Assembly (NCBI GenBank): GCA_009776385.1
Contig: WRFT01000001.1
Coordinates: 1 to 30,053, forward strand
Origin: Clostridia bacterium
GTDB taxonomy: Bacteria; Bacillota; Clostridia; Christensenellales; Aristaeellaceae
Reading direction: 5' to 3'
Length of the DNA: 30,053 nt
Under the pieces are notes generated by a model. The model did not search any database. It was not told where the DNA came from and saw nothing but the letters and a program-made list of their open reading frames with translations. This document shows, piece after piece, positions 1 through 8,400 of this stretch. A program made the position numbers and the translations under genes. Position 1 is the stretch's first letter; the number at the start of each line of letters is the position of its first letter.

Positions 1-13
1 AGTATATTTCGCC

Positions 14-268
14 TCAATCATTGTTTGGCGTAAGCTGCGGCGGGAAGCCCACGCGAACTACCGGTATAATCGAGACGTCCGGAATGTCAATCTCCACATC
101 TACGACAATTTTCCGCCCGTGTGCCTCGTAGGTTTGACGCCAGCCACCCCGGACTTCCTCGCGGATGTTGTTGATCGTGACACGGTTTGCGGCTGAAGCG
201 GAACCGACGGCTATCAAAACCAGCAGTATAGCTATCATCATTGAGAGAACCCTTGAGCTGCTTTTCAT
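14..268 (-). CDS. Secreted protein of unknown function; only 84 aa, possibly the N-terminal part of a longer gene with a premature TGA
   Basis: SD-like AAAGGGGTG before the ATG at 268; Sec-type signal peptide (MKSSSRVLSMMIAILLVLIAVGSASA); protein-like mature region; TGA at 14-16, after which the frame stays open (GEIY) to the window edge. Confidence 0.55.
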   Translation of the reverse strand: MKSSSRVLSMMIAILLVLIAVGSASAANRVTINNIREEVRGGWRQTYEAHGRKIVVDVEIDIPDVSIIPVVRVGFPPQLTPNND

Positions 269-286
269 CGAAACACCCCTTTCACT

Positions 287-319
287 CTATCTACTGCCGT
301 TCGGCTAGCATTCCTAACA
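287..319 (-). promoter_or_regulatory. Candidate ECF-sigma promoter for the divergent secreted-protein gene
   Basis: Minus strand reads TGTTAGGAA-tgctagccgaacggc(15 nt)-AGTAGATAG. The 9-mer is identical to that at 912-920 and begins 51 nt upstream of the ATG. Confidence 0.5.
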
Positions 320-334
320 CACATGACGCATTTG

Positions 335-343
335 TGCTACAAT
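335..343 (+). promoter_or_regulatory. Extended -10 (SigA-type) promoter element for the ECF sigma gene
   Basis: TGcTACAAT at 335-343, upstream of SD GAGGTG (353-358) and GTG at 365; no good -35 hexamer. Confidence 0.5.
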
Positions 344-364
344 TGGACTTGTGAGGTGAACGCC

Positions 365-931
365 GTGAGTGAATCCTCCCAAGCAAAATGGCTGGAAGCT
401 TTATTCAATCAGTATTACGACCTTCTCTATGATGTCGGCGTGCACCTATGCAAGGGGCAACCCGCTTTGTTGGATGGTTTATATGATGCGTTGCAGGAAG
501 TCTTTATCGCTTTGTGGCGTAAACGAAACAAACTGGTTGACCATCCGAATATCGGCGGTTGGCTTGTTGTCGCGCTGCGGTTCGAGCTCCAAGCGCGCAT
601 GAAAAAAGAAGGGCGAAGGACAAAAGCTGCGTCCTATTCATTGGATGACCCGGATTCTGCTCCACCATTGGCAGATCCTACGCCCAGCATAGCGGACAAC
701 CTGTTGTATAAGGAAAAAATCGAGGCGCTCAAAGCATTGCTGGGCATAGAAAATACGCGGCTATTCCTTGATTATACGCTGGGCGGTCAAAGCGCTAAGC
801 AAGTAGCGGTGCAATACGGATTAACCGAAAGCGGCGTGTGGATGCGCATCAGCAGGATTAAAAAGAAAATTTACGAGCACCCGGAGATGTTCACACTTTT
901 CTTGTGGATCCTGTTAGGAAGCCGAGTTTAA
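365..931 (+). CDS. ECF-family (sigma-70 group 4) RNA polymerase sigma factor
   Basis: Region 2-like (LFNQYYDLLY...DALQEVFIALW...GGWLVVALR) and region 4-like HTH (SAKQVAVQYGLTESGVWMRISRIKKK). Start moved from 323 to GTG 365 because SD GAGGTG lies 6 nt upstream. Confidence 0.85.
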   Translation: MSESSQAKWLEALFNQYYDLLYDVGVHLCKGQPALLDGLYDALQEVFIALWRKRNKLVDHPNIGGWLVVALRFELQARMKKEGRRTKAASYSLDDPDSAPPLADPTPSIADNLLYKEKIEALKALLGIENTRLFLDYTLGGQSAKQVAVQYGLTESGVWMRISRIKKKIYEHPEMFTLFLWILLGSRV

Positions 932-942
932 AAGACGTATAG
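912..942 (+). promoter_or_regulatory. Candidate ECF-sigma promoter for the anti-sigma gene, embedded in the sigma gene 3' end
   Basis: TGTTAGGAA (912-920)-N15-CGTATAG (936-942); begins 55 nt upstream of ATG 967, and SD GAGGTG follows. Confidence 0.5.
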
Positions 943-966
943 GTATCAGAGAGGTGGGTATAGCGT

Positions 967-2187
967 ATGAAGGAAAAGTGGAATCCACAACAAAATAAAG
1001 CACCCCAACGCCTGTTTGCGCACGGCATGCTCACTTCCCAGGATGCGGCATATATTCTGGACTGGCAGATTCAATTGCCGGCAGAGCGGATCGACTGCGC
1101 GCTGATTGATGAATGCACTCTTTTGCTTAACCCTCAACGCGAAACCCAGCCCACTCCTCGGAAGGATGAAATTTGGGCCCGGATTCAATCCGCGTTACAT
1201 CCCGTCGCGTCGATCCCACGGGAGCGTCCCACCCTCTTGCGCCCTCGGCGAATCGCGGTACTGGTTCTCGCCGCTATACTGCTTCTTGCGCTGGCTGCGG
1301 CGGCTGTCGCCACGCTGTTGCGTATCGATGTTTTCAACATCTATACCGGCCATGTGTACCCGCAGGATTTGCCTCGGCAAACACAGGCGGACGCCTTGGT
1401 ACAGCATCCGCTGGTCACGGTTTCCTTCCCTCATGTGGATGTGACGGTGTGCCAGGCATTGTACGACGGTCATGAACTGCGTATACTGTACGCTATGCGC
1501 GACCGCAGCGCCACCGAACGGATTGCGGCGCAAGGCGAGGACTTTGAGTGGGTCATGCCCGCGGCGCAGCAGGACAATCTGTGCACCGTAGGCGACTGGA
1601 TTGAGATTAATGGCGAGAAGGATTCCCCGCATGATCAACTGGCTCTACCCGGCGAGGAACCCGGCGAAATGCGCTACTTCGTATCACTGGAACCCAGGGA
1701 TAAGACGCTGAAAGATCGTTCGTCATTTGAGGTGGGGCTTCCCTTGATGTGGGATGCGGAGTGCCGCTTCAAGATCGTACCCGACGGGATGCGCTTCACT
1801 GTACTTACAACCGATATAAACGAACACACGCGTAACGCGCAGCCTTTGCAACAGATTATAGATGGCTTTACATTCTCTTTGGAAGAGGCCAGCTTTTCAC
1901 CTATCAGTGCAAGTATCGTCTTATCTATCAGCGGAAAAAGCGACTCCGCGTTGGATGCGATTTCGCATACTTGGGGAACCGCGCAGGTCTACACATCTGC
2001 TGGACAGCCTTTGGGTGTCACCCAAGTCCGCAGTTGGTCTTTTAGAGAACCGGGAAAGGTGACCGTGACCTATCGGGTTGTTCCACCCGACATCTGGCCT
2101 GATAAAATGCTACTGTCCATACCAACCGATAGCGGCACTCCGGATGCGCAACGTACCATCCCAATCACGTTGGAAGCGAAAGAATAG
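967..2187 (+). CDS. Probable membrane-anchored anti-sigma factor (DUF4179-like extracytoplasmic domain)
   Basis: Directly follows the ECF sigma gene; short N-terminal cytoplasmic domain (IDCALIDECTLLL), one TM helix (RIAVLVLAAILLLALAAAAVATLL), large beta-rich C-terminal part. Confidence 0.7.
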   Translation: MKEKWNPQQNKAPQRLFAHGMLTSQDAAYILDWQIQLPAERIDCALIDECTLLLNPQRETQPTPRKDEIWARIQSALHPVASIPRERPTLLRPRRIAVLVLAAILLLALAAAAVATLLRIDVFNIYTGHVYPQDLPRQTQADALVQHPLVTVSFPHVDVTVCQALYDGHELRILYAMRDRSATERIAAQGEDFEWVMPAAQQDNLCTVGDWIEINGEKDSPHDQLALPGEEPGEMRYFVSLEPRDKTLKDRSSFEVGLPLMWDAECRFKIVPDGMRFTVLTTDINEHTRNAQPLQQIIDGFTFSLEEASFSPISASIVLSISGKSDSALDAISHTWGTAQVYTSAGQPLGVTQVRSWSFREPGKVTVTYRVVPPDIWPDKMLLSIPTDSGTPDAQRTIPITLEAKE

Positions 2188-2200
2188 TTACAAGTTATTC

Positions 2201-2230
2201 TTGTGAGCGGCAATCCGGTTATGTTATGAT
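2201..2230 (+). promoter_or_regulatory. SigA-type promoter for the URO-D-like gene
   Basis: TTGTGA (2201-2206)-N18-TATGAT (2225-2230), with extended TG at 2222-2223. Confidence 0.5.
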
Positions 2231-2251
2231 GCAAGCATAAAATATTTTGGT

Positions 2252-2267
2252 TAAACCGTATGGTTTA
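2252..2267. promoter_or_regulatory. Palindromic candidate operator
   Basis: Perfect inverted repeat TAAACC-gtat-GGTTTA between the promoter and the SD (AAGGAG) of the 2291 gene. Confidence 0.4.
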
Positions 2268-2290
2268 TAAGTTGATGAAGGAGAAAGCAT

Positions 2291-3370
2291 ATGAAGCACA
2301 TGCCCGCAGGTACGCTTAAACGGTATGACGCGTTTTGGAAACATGAACCATCGGACAGGCCCATCTTGAGTATCACGGTTGAGGATCGGAAAGCAAAACA
2401 AACGGACACGGCGCCTGTTGATCAGCATGACAGGCTAAGCAACTTGGAAGGCCGATATGAAACGTTGCGCGGTTATATTCAAAACACACGTTTTTTTGGG
2501 GACGCCATTCCGCAGGACTGGGCTAATTACGGCCCCGGATGCTTGGCCGCGATGATGGGGAGCGATTATATCCCCACCGAGCACACCGTGTGGTTTGGGG
2601 AGGGCTATACCTTCCTTAAAGATTGGAGCCGTTTAAAGGATTTGCGTTTGATAGAAGATTCGCCTATGTACCGGATGGTGACCGGAATGACGCAGTTGTT
2701 GGCAGACCGGTATGACGGCAGTTACTTAATCGGTGTGAGTGATTTGGGCGGCAACTTAGATATTTTGGCTTCTTTGCGAGATACGCAAACTTTACTGACA
2801 GACTTGATCGATTATCCCGATCAGGTGCTGCAAGCAGTTGAGATGATCGATGAGGCGTGGAAAATTTGTTATGCGCGTTTGCGCGGCGTCATCCGCGCTT
2901 GCGGGCAGCATGGGCACGGCGCTTGGTTGGGGCCCTGGTGCGAGACGACATATTATCCCCTGCAATGCGATTTTTCCGCGATGATTTCACCGGACGACTT
3001 TACGCGCTTCGTGATGCCCTCACTCACACGTATCGCCGCGTTTCTGGACCATAGCATTTACCATTTAGACGGCCCCGGGCAGATTGCTCATGTGGACCGA
3101 TTGCTTACCTTGCCGGGCCTGGATGGCATCCAATGGGTGCCGGGTGACGGAAACGCGGCGGTTTCGGATGAAAAATGGTTCCCGCTTTACGAAAAGATTT
3201 TCAAGGCCGGAAAATGCCTTGTCCTTCACGGGTTGGATAGCGCCAAGAGCGCATTGGAAGTCCAAAGACAGTTCCCCTACAAGGGATTATGGATGTCAGC
3301 CGGGTTTGATAACACCGAAGAAGCGGAGTACTTGCTGGCAAAGGCAGCCGAACACCCCTGCGTATCATGA
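2291..3370 (+). CDS. URO-D/MtaA-like TIM-barrel protein (family often annotated 'trimethylamine corrinoid protein 2'); function unknown
   Basis: Motifs GPGCLAAMMG, DLGGNLDILASLR, LQCDFSAMISP, YHLDGPG, IQWVPG; good SD. Confidence 0.7.
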   Translation: MKHMPAGTLKRYDAFWKHEPSDRPILSITVEDRKAKQTDTAPVDQHDRLSNLEGRYETLRGYIQNTRFFGDAIPQDWANYGPGCLAAMMGSDYIPTEHTVWFGEGYTFLKDWSRLKDLRLIEDSPMYRMVTGMTQLLADRYDGSYLIGVSDLGGNLDILASLRDTQTLLTDLIDYPDQVLQAVEMIDEAWKICYARLRGVIRACGQHGHGAWLGPWCETTYYPLQCDFSAMISPDDFTRFVMPSLTRIAAFLDHSIYHLDGPGQIAHVDRLLTLPGLDGIQWVPGDGNAAVSDEKWFPLYEKIFKAGKCLVLHGLDSAKSALEVQRQFPYKGLWMSAGFDNTEEAEYLLAKAAEHPCVS

Positions 3371-3404
3371 CAGTTAAGTTGTAATAAATAATTTCGGCTT
3401 CGCC

Positions 3405-6400
3405 TTATTGAAAGAACGCGACGCCGCTCTCGAAGACAGGTTGGAACTTGTTTCCGTCCACATTCTTGTATAGGTCTTTTCCGGCACGTTCCGTATGCCC
3501 CATTTTACCTAACACATGCCCGTCGGGGCTGGTGATACCCTCTATTGCCCAGGCGGATCCATTGGGATTGTGCCGTATGTCCATCGTGGGTATACCATTT
3601 AAATCCACATATTGCGTAGCGATTTGACCGTTTGCCAAAAGCTGTTCCAACATATCTTGGTTGGCAACGAACCGCCCTTCTCCATGGGAGATAGGAAGGG
3701 TGTGGATGTCGTTGACCCTAGTCTTTTGAAGCCAGGGGCTGAGGTTACTGGCAATGCGTGTGCGTACAAGCATGCTTTGATGGCGTCCGATAGCGTTATA
3801 GGTTAAGGTAGGGCTCTTCTCATCGGTATCCGTAATTTTACCATAAGGCAGCAAACCAAGCTTGATAAGCGCTTGGAAGCCGTTGCATATACCTAAGATA
3901 AGGCCGCCGCGCCGCTCCATCAAATCGCATACCGCGTCTTTTACGGCTGTGTTGCGGAAAAACGCGTTGATGAACTTTCCCGAACCGTCCGGCTCGTCAC
4001 CGCCGGAAAAACCACCGGGGAACACAATCATTTGGCTTTTACTTATCATCCGTGCGGCTTCTCGTAAGGCTTCGGAAATCGCGGCGGGTGTGATATTCTT
4101 AATTATAAAAATATTTGGCTCCGCCCCTGCTCGGCTCAGCGCCGCGGCGGTATCCGTCTCACAATTGGTACCCGGAAAAACCGGTATAAAAGCCATCGGC
4201 TTATACGTGCGCGCCGCGGGCTTGACAGACCGCGGCACGGTATAGGATACCGTTTTTACCGCACCCGTATCCTTATGGATATATGGGAACACGCCGGCAA
4301 GCTTCCCTTCATAAAGTGCTTCCAACGGTTTGAAATCAATTGTCTCTCCGTCTATACGAAGCACATGCTCTTCAATGGTATGGCCTATATAAACGCCGGG
4401 TCCGTCCGCGTTGGCCTCGCCATCGGCCATTTCTATCAATATACTGCCGAAGGCTTGCGCGAATAAGTCGCCGTCGCAGATAAGATGCGCGCCGATTTGG
4501 TTGCCAAGCCCCATTTTAAAGACCGCCTCGGCGATGCCACCCCATCCTACTGCCCAAGCGGAGATAACCTTTTTATCACAGATCATACGGTATAACGTCA
4601 TGTAATTGTCTTTCAACCCGGCCCCGTCATACGGGTCACCGGCCAGCAGCCTCAGGCAGTGCCCTGCAGCCTTCAATTCCGGCGAAATAACCGTGCCGCT
4701 TAAGCCGGAAGCGACGGCGAAGCTGACCAATGTGGGAGGTACATTCAGGTCTTCAAACGAGCCGCTCATACTGTCCTTGCCGCCGATAGCCGCAACACCA
4801 AAGTCCAGTTGGGCGCAAAGAGCGCCCAGTAATGCCGACAACGGCTTTCCCCAGCGGGCAGGATCATTGGTCATACGCTCAAAATACTCTTGAAAAGTGA
4901 GGGCCGCGCCAGTGATATCAAAACCTGCCGCGGCTAGCTTTGCCAGGCTGTCCGTTACAGACAGGTAAGCGCCTTCAAAGGGGCTTTGCGCCATCGTCTG
5001 CGGATAGAACCCATAACTCATGCCGCTGACGGTAGTGGTGTCGCCTCCCACAACGGGTAATTTAGCTGCCATCGTTTGAATGGGTGTGAGCTGTCTGCGT
5101 CCGCCAAAAGGCATGAACACCGTTCCAGAGCCGATGGTGCTGTCAAACCTTTCAACAAGCCCCTTTTTGCCGCATATGTTTAAATCCGAAACCATACTGC
5201 GGTATTTTTCTGTCAGGGTGACACCTTCAAAGGGTGTGTTTTGAACAGAAGCGTCGGGCACAAACGCTTTCGCGTGTTTTTCCGCGCCGTTACTGCCCAA
5301 AAATGCGCGGGAAAGATTGACGATACGCCGCCCGTTCCACATCATTTGAAGGTATGGCTCACGGGTTACCTCCGCTACAACCGCGGCCTCCAAATTTTCA
5401 GTTAAAGCTAAGGCTATAAATGCCTCCGCGTCCTCCTTTGCCACCAACACGGCCATGCGCTCCTGACTCTCGGAAATAGCCAGCTCCGTACCGTCAAGCC
5501 CTTCATATTTCTTGGGTATCTTGTCAAGATTAATCTTTAAACCGTCAGCCAGTTCACCTATCGCCACGCAGACGCCGCCCGCTCCGAAATCATTGCAGCG
5601 CTTTATCATCAAAGACGCCTGTTTTTCGCGGAACAGCCGTTGAAGCTTGCGTTCTGTTACAGGGTTTCCCTTTTGTACCTCCGCGCCGCAGGTATCAACG
5701 CTGGCAAGTTGGTGGCTCTTTGAAGAACCTGTCGCTCCGCCGCAGCCATCACGGCCCGTTCGGCCTCCCAGTAAAATAACCAGGTCGCCCGGAAGCGGGT
5801 GTTCACGGCGCACATGACAGGCGGGTACCGCCCCCACCACGGCGCCTATTTCCAAGCGTTTCGCGGCGTATCCGTCATGGTAAAGCTCATCCACCAAGCC
5901 GGTAGCCAAGCCCACCTGATTGCCATAAGCGCTGAAACCCGCCGCCGCCGTGGTGACCAGCTTCCGTTGAGGCAGCTTCCCCGGCATGGTTTCTACTACG
6001 GGCATTAAAGGATTGGCGGCACCGGTTACGCGCATCGCCTGATATACATACGCCCGGCCTGAAAGGGGGTCTCGTATGGCGCCCCCGATGCATGTCGCCG
6101 CGCCGCCAAATGGTTCTATCTCGGTGGGATGGTTATGGGTCTCGTTTTTAAACAGCAACAACCACGGCTCCGTAGCGCCGCCTAATTGAACATCCAGCTT
6201 GACGGAACAGGCGTTGATCTCCTCGCTTTCGTCGACATTGGCCAACAAACCCTGCCGCTTTAACGCCTTTGCGCCGATGGTGGCGATATCCATCAAATGT
6301 ATGGGTCTGCACTCGCCGTCGTACACACAAGCCCGTAGGTCCAGATATCGGCGGAACGCCTTCTCCACAGCCGGTTTTTGAATGGTTACTTCATCCAAAA

Positions 6401-7091
6401 CGGTTAAGAAAGTGGTGTGGCGGCAATGATCGCTCCAGTAGGTGTCAATCACGCGCAGCTCGGTAACCGTGGGATCACGGCCTTGGGTACGGAAATAAGT
6501 CTGGCAAAACTGAAGGTCAGCTTCATCCATTGCCAAACCATATGCCTTTATCAACCGTGCGATGCCCGTATCATCCGATGACCTGAACCCGTCGAGTACT
6601 TTTATGGTGTCGGGAATAGGAACCTGCAAGACAAGCGTTGTCTTCTCGCTAAGATCCGCTTCCCTTGACTCCACCGGGTTAATTAAATACTGCCGGATAC
6701 GATGAAGCTCCTGTGCGGTCGGGTTTCCTTCCAACAAGTATATTTTTGCGGTATGTACGGTGGGGTTAGCCTCTTGACTGACAAATTGAATACACTCCCG
6801 GCAACTGGCCGCCCGCGCGTCAAACTGGCCGGGCAGGTATTCACAGGCGATAACCGCGCCGGATACCTGCGGCAGCGCGTCATAGGCGATATCCAATGGC
6901 GGTTCCATGAACACAATGGGCTTGCACTGATCAAAGAGAACCCGGTTGATGCCCTCCACATCATAACGGTTCAACAACCGTACGCCCGTCACGCTGGTAA
7001 TCAGTAAACTATCACGAATCTCTTTGAAGACCCATTGCGCCTCCACATCATAAGGGGGCTTTTTTTCAACATAAATACGCTTAACGCTCAT
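3405..7091 (-). CDS. purL: Phosphoribosylformylglycinamidine synthase, large single-chain type
   Basis: WSDHCRH, ETHNHPTEIEPFGGAATCIGGAIRD, ISESQERM; C-terminal glutaminase domain with GGFSGGD, GICNGFQ, SHGEG, GHTER; 1228 aa. Confidence 0.97.
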   Translation of the reverse strand: MSVKRIYVEKKPPYDVEAQWVFKEIRDSLLITSVTGVRLLNRYDVEGINRVLFDQCKPIVFMEPPLDIAYDALPQVSGAVIACEYLPGQFDARAASCRECIQFVSQEANPTVHTAKIYLLEGNPTAQELHRIRQYLINPVESREADLSEKTTLVLQVPIPDTIKVLDGFRSSDDTGIARLIKAYGLAMDEADLQFCQTYFRTQGRDPTVTELRVIDTYWSDHCRHTTFLTVLDEVTIQKPAVEKAFRRYLDLRACVYDGECRPIHLMDIATIGAKALKRQGLLANVDESEEINACSVKLDVQLGGATEPWLLLFKNETHNHPTEIEPFGGAATCIGGAIRDPLSGRAYVYQAMRVTGAANPLMPVVETMPGKLPQRKLVTTAAAGFSAYGNQVGLATGLVDELYHDGYAAKRLEIGAVVGAVPACHVRREHPLPGDLVILLGGRTGRDGCGGATGSSKSHQLASVDTCGAEVQKGNPVTERKLQRLFREKQASLMIKRCNDFGAGGVCVAIGELADGLKINLDKIPKKYEGLDGTELAISESQERMAVLVAKEDAEAFIALALTENLEAAVVAEVTREPYLQMMWNGRRIVNLSRAFLGSNGAEKHAKAFVPDASVQNTPFEGVTLTEKYRSMVSDLNICGKKGLVERFDSTIGSGTVFMPFGGRRQLTPIQTMAAKLPVVGGDTTTVSGMSYGFYPQTMAQSPFEGAYLSVTDSLAKLAAAGFDITGAALTFQEYFERMTNDPARWGKPLSALLGALCAQLDFGVAAIGGKDSMSGSFEDLNVPPTLVSFAVASGLSGTVISPELKAAGHCLRLLAGDPYDGAGLKDNYMTLYRMICDKKVISAWAVGWGGIAEAVFKMGLGNQIGAHLICDGDLFAQAFGSILIEMADGEANADGPGVYIGHTIEEHVLRIDGETIDFKPLEALYEGKLAGVFPYIHKDTGAVKTVSYTVPRSVKPAARTYKPMAFIPVFPGTNCETDTAAALSRAGAEPNIFIIKNITPAAISEALREAARMISKSQMIVFPGGFSGGDEPDGSGKFINAFFRNTAVKDAVCDLMERRGGLILGICNGFQALIKLGLLPYGKITDTDEKSPTLTYNAIGRHQSMLVRTRIASNLSPWLQKTRVNDIHTLPISHGEGRFVANQDMLEQLLANGQIATQYVDLNGIPTMDIRHNPNGSAWAIEGITSPDGHVLGKMGHTERAGKDLYKNVDGNKFQPVFESGVAFFQ

Positions 7092-8376
7092 GGTCGGTTT
7101 TCCACTCTGTCTTTAATAGCGCTTTTTCACCGATATCGGTTCGCATGTACATACCCTCAAAGGTTATCAGGCTCGCCGCGTTATACGCGCGCTTGACCGC
7201 GCTGCGCAATGTATCGGCTGTAGCCGTCACATTCAGTACCCGGCCGCCCGATGACTCGATGATGCCGTTTTCTGTTAATCGGGTACCGGCATGAAATATA
7301 TTCGCAAGCTTCTCAGCCGCCGGAATGCCCATAATAGGCTTGCCCGTTTCGTACCGTTCAGGGTACCCTCCGGAAGCAAACACGACACAGCAACAAGCCT
7401 CATCGGAAAACCGACATTCCGTTTGGTTTAATGTACCGTTGGTCGTAGCTTGCATGAGGGTGAACAGGTCGCTTTTTAGAAGAGATAATACGGTTTGCGC
7501 TTCCGGATCGCCAAAGCGGCAATTATACTCGATGACCTTCGGGCCGCTGTCGGTTAACATAAGGCCAAAGTAGAGGCAGCCTTGAAAGGGGCAGCCTTCG
7601 GCACGCATGGCATGCAGTGTGGGCAGGAAAATCGTATCTAAGCATACCTTGGCAATGTCTTGTGCATAAAACGGGTTCGGCGCAATAACGCCCATGCCGC
7701 CGGTATTTAATCCCTTATCACCATTAAGCGCCGTCTTGTGATCCATACAGGATACCATGGGGCGTAAGGTTGTACCATCGGTGAAACAGAGTACGGAAAC
7801 CTCAGGGCCTTGCAGAAACGCTTCCACAACAATGCGGCTGCCGGAGGAGCCGAACTTCCCTTCTTGCATGAGAGCGGTAACGGCTTCTTCCGCTTCACGG
7901 CGGGTATGGCAGATAAGAACGCCTTTTCCCAAAGCCAGCCCGTCAGCCTTTATCACCATCGGGCAGGCGGCGTTCCTCACATAACGCAATGCGGTTTGAT
8001 AGTCGTCAAAGGCAAGGTAATCAGCCGTAGGGATACCGTACCGGCGCATGAGATCTTTTGCGAATATTTTGCTGCCTTCCAGTCGCGCGGCGGCTTTACA
8101 GGGGCCGAAGGTCGGTATACCGCGTGCGGCCAGCAGGTCTACCAACCCTAAGCATAACGGATCATCCGGCGTGACAACCACATAATCCATGCGGTGTTCC
8201 TGTGCAAAATCCGCCAGCTTTTCTATCTCCTTGGCCCCGATGGGAACACAAGTTGCCGTCAAGGCGATGCCGCCGTTACCCGGCGCGCAGTATATCGTGT
8301 CGATTGCAGGGTTTTCTTTTAGTTTTTGAATGATGGCATGCTCTCGTCCGCCGCCGCCTACGACCAATACTTTCAG
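7081..8376 (-). CDS. purD: Phosphoribosylamine--glycine ligase; probable CTG start
   Basis: KVLVVGGGGREHA, LEGSKIFAK, KADGLALGKGV, NTGGMG, EYNCRFGDPE, SGGRVL. SD GGAGGG lies 6 nt before CTG at 8376. An alternative TTG at 8400 has no SD. Confidence 0.95.
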   Translation of the reverse strand: MKVLVVGGGGREHAIIQKLKENPAIDTIYCAPGNGGIALTATCVPIGAKEIEKLADFAQEHRMDYVVVTPDDPLCLGLVDLLAARGIPTFGPCKAAARLEGSKIFAKDLMRRYGIPTADYLAFDDYQTALRYVRNAACPMVIKADGLALGKGVLICHTRREAEEAVTALMQEGKFGSSGSRIVVEAFLQGPEVSVLCFTDGTTLRPMVSCMDHKTALNGDKGLNTGGMGVIAPNPFYAQDIAKVCLDTIFLPTLHAMRAEGCPFQGCLYFGLMLTDSGPKVIEYNCRFGDPEAQTVLSLLKSDLFTLMQATTNGTLNQTECRFSDEACCCVVFASGGYPERYETGKPIMGIPAAEKLANIFHAGTRLTENGIIESSGGRVLNVTATADTLRSAVKRAYNAASLITFEGMYMRTDIGEKALLKTEWKTDHER

Positions 8377-8400
8377 GTTAAGCCCTCCGTTTTTAAGCAA

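Noticed and set aside
2201-2215. lacO-like half site TTGTGAGCGG
   Set aside because: No symmetric right half follows, and it coincides with the predicted -35 hexamer.
3396-3404. GGC-GAA-GCC mini-hairpin between the convergent URO-D-like gene and purL
   Set aside because: A 3-bp stem is too weak to call a terminator.
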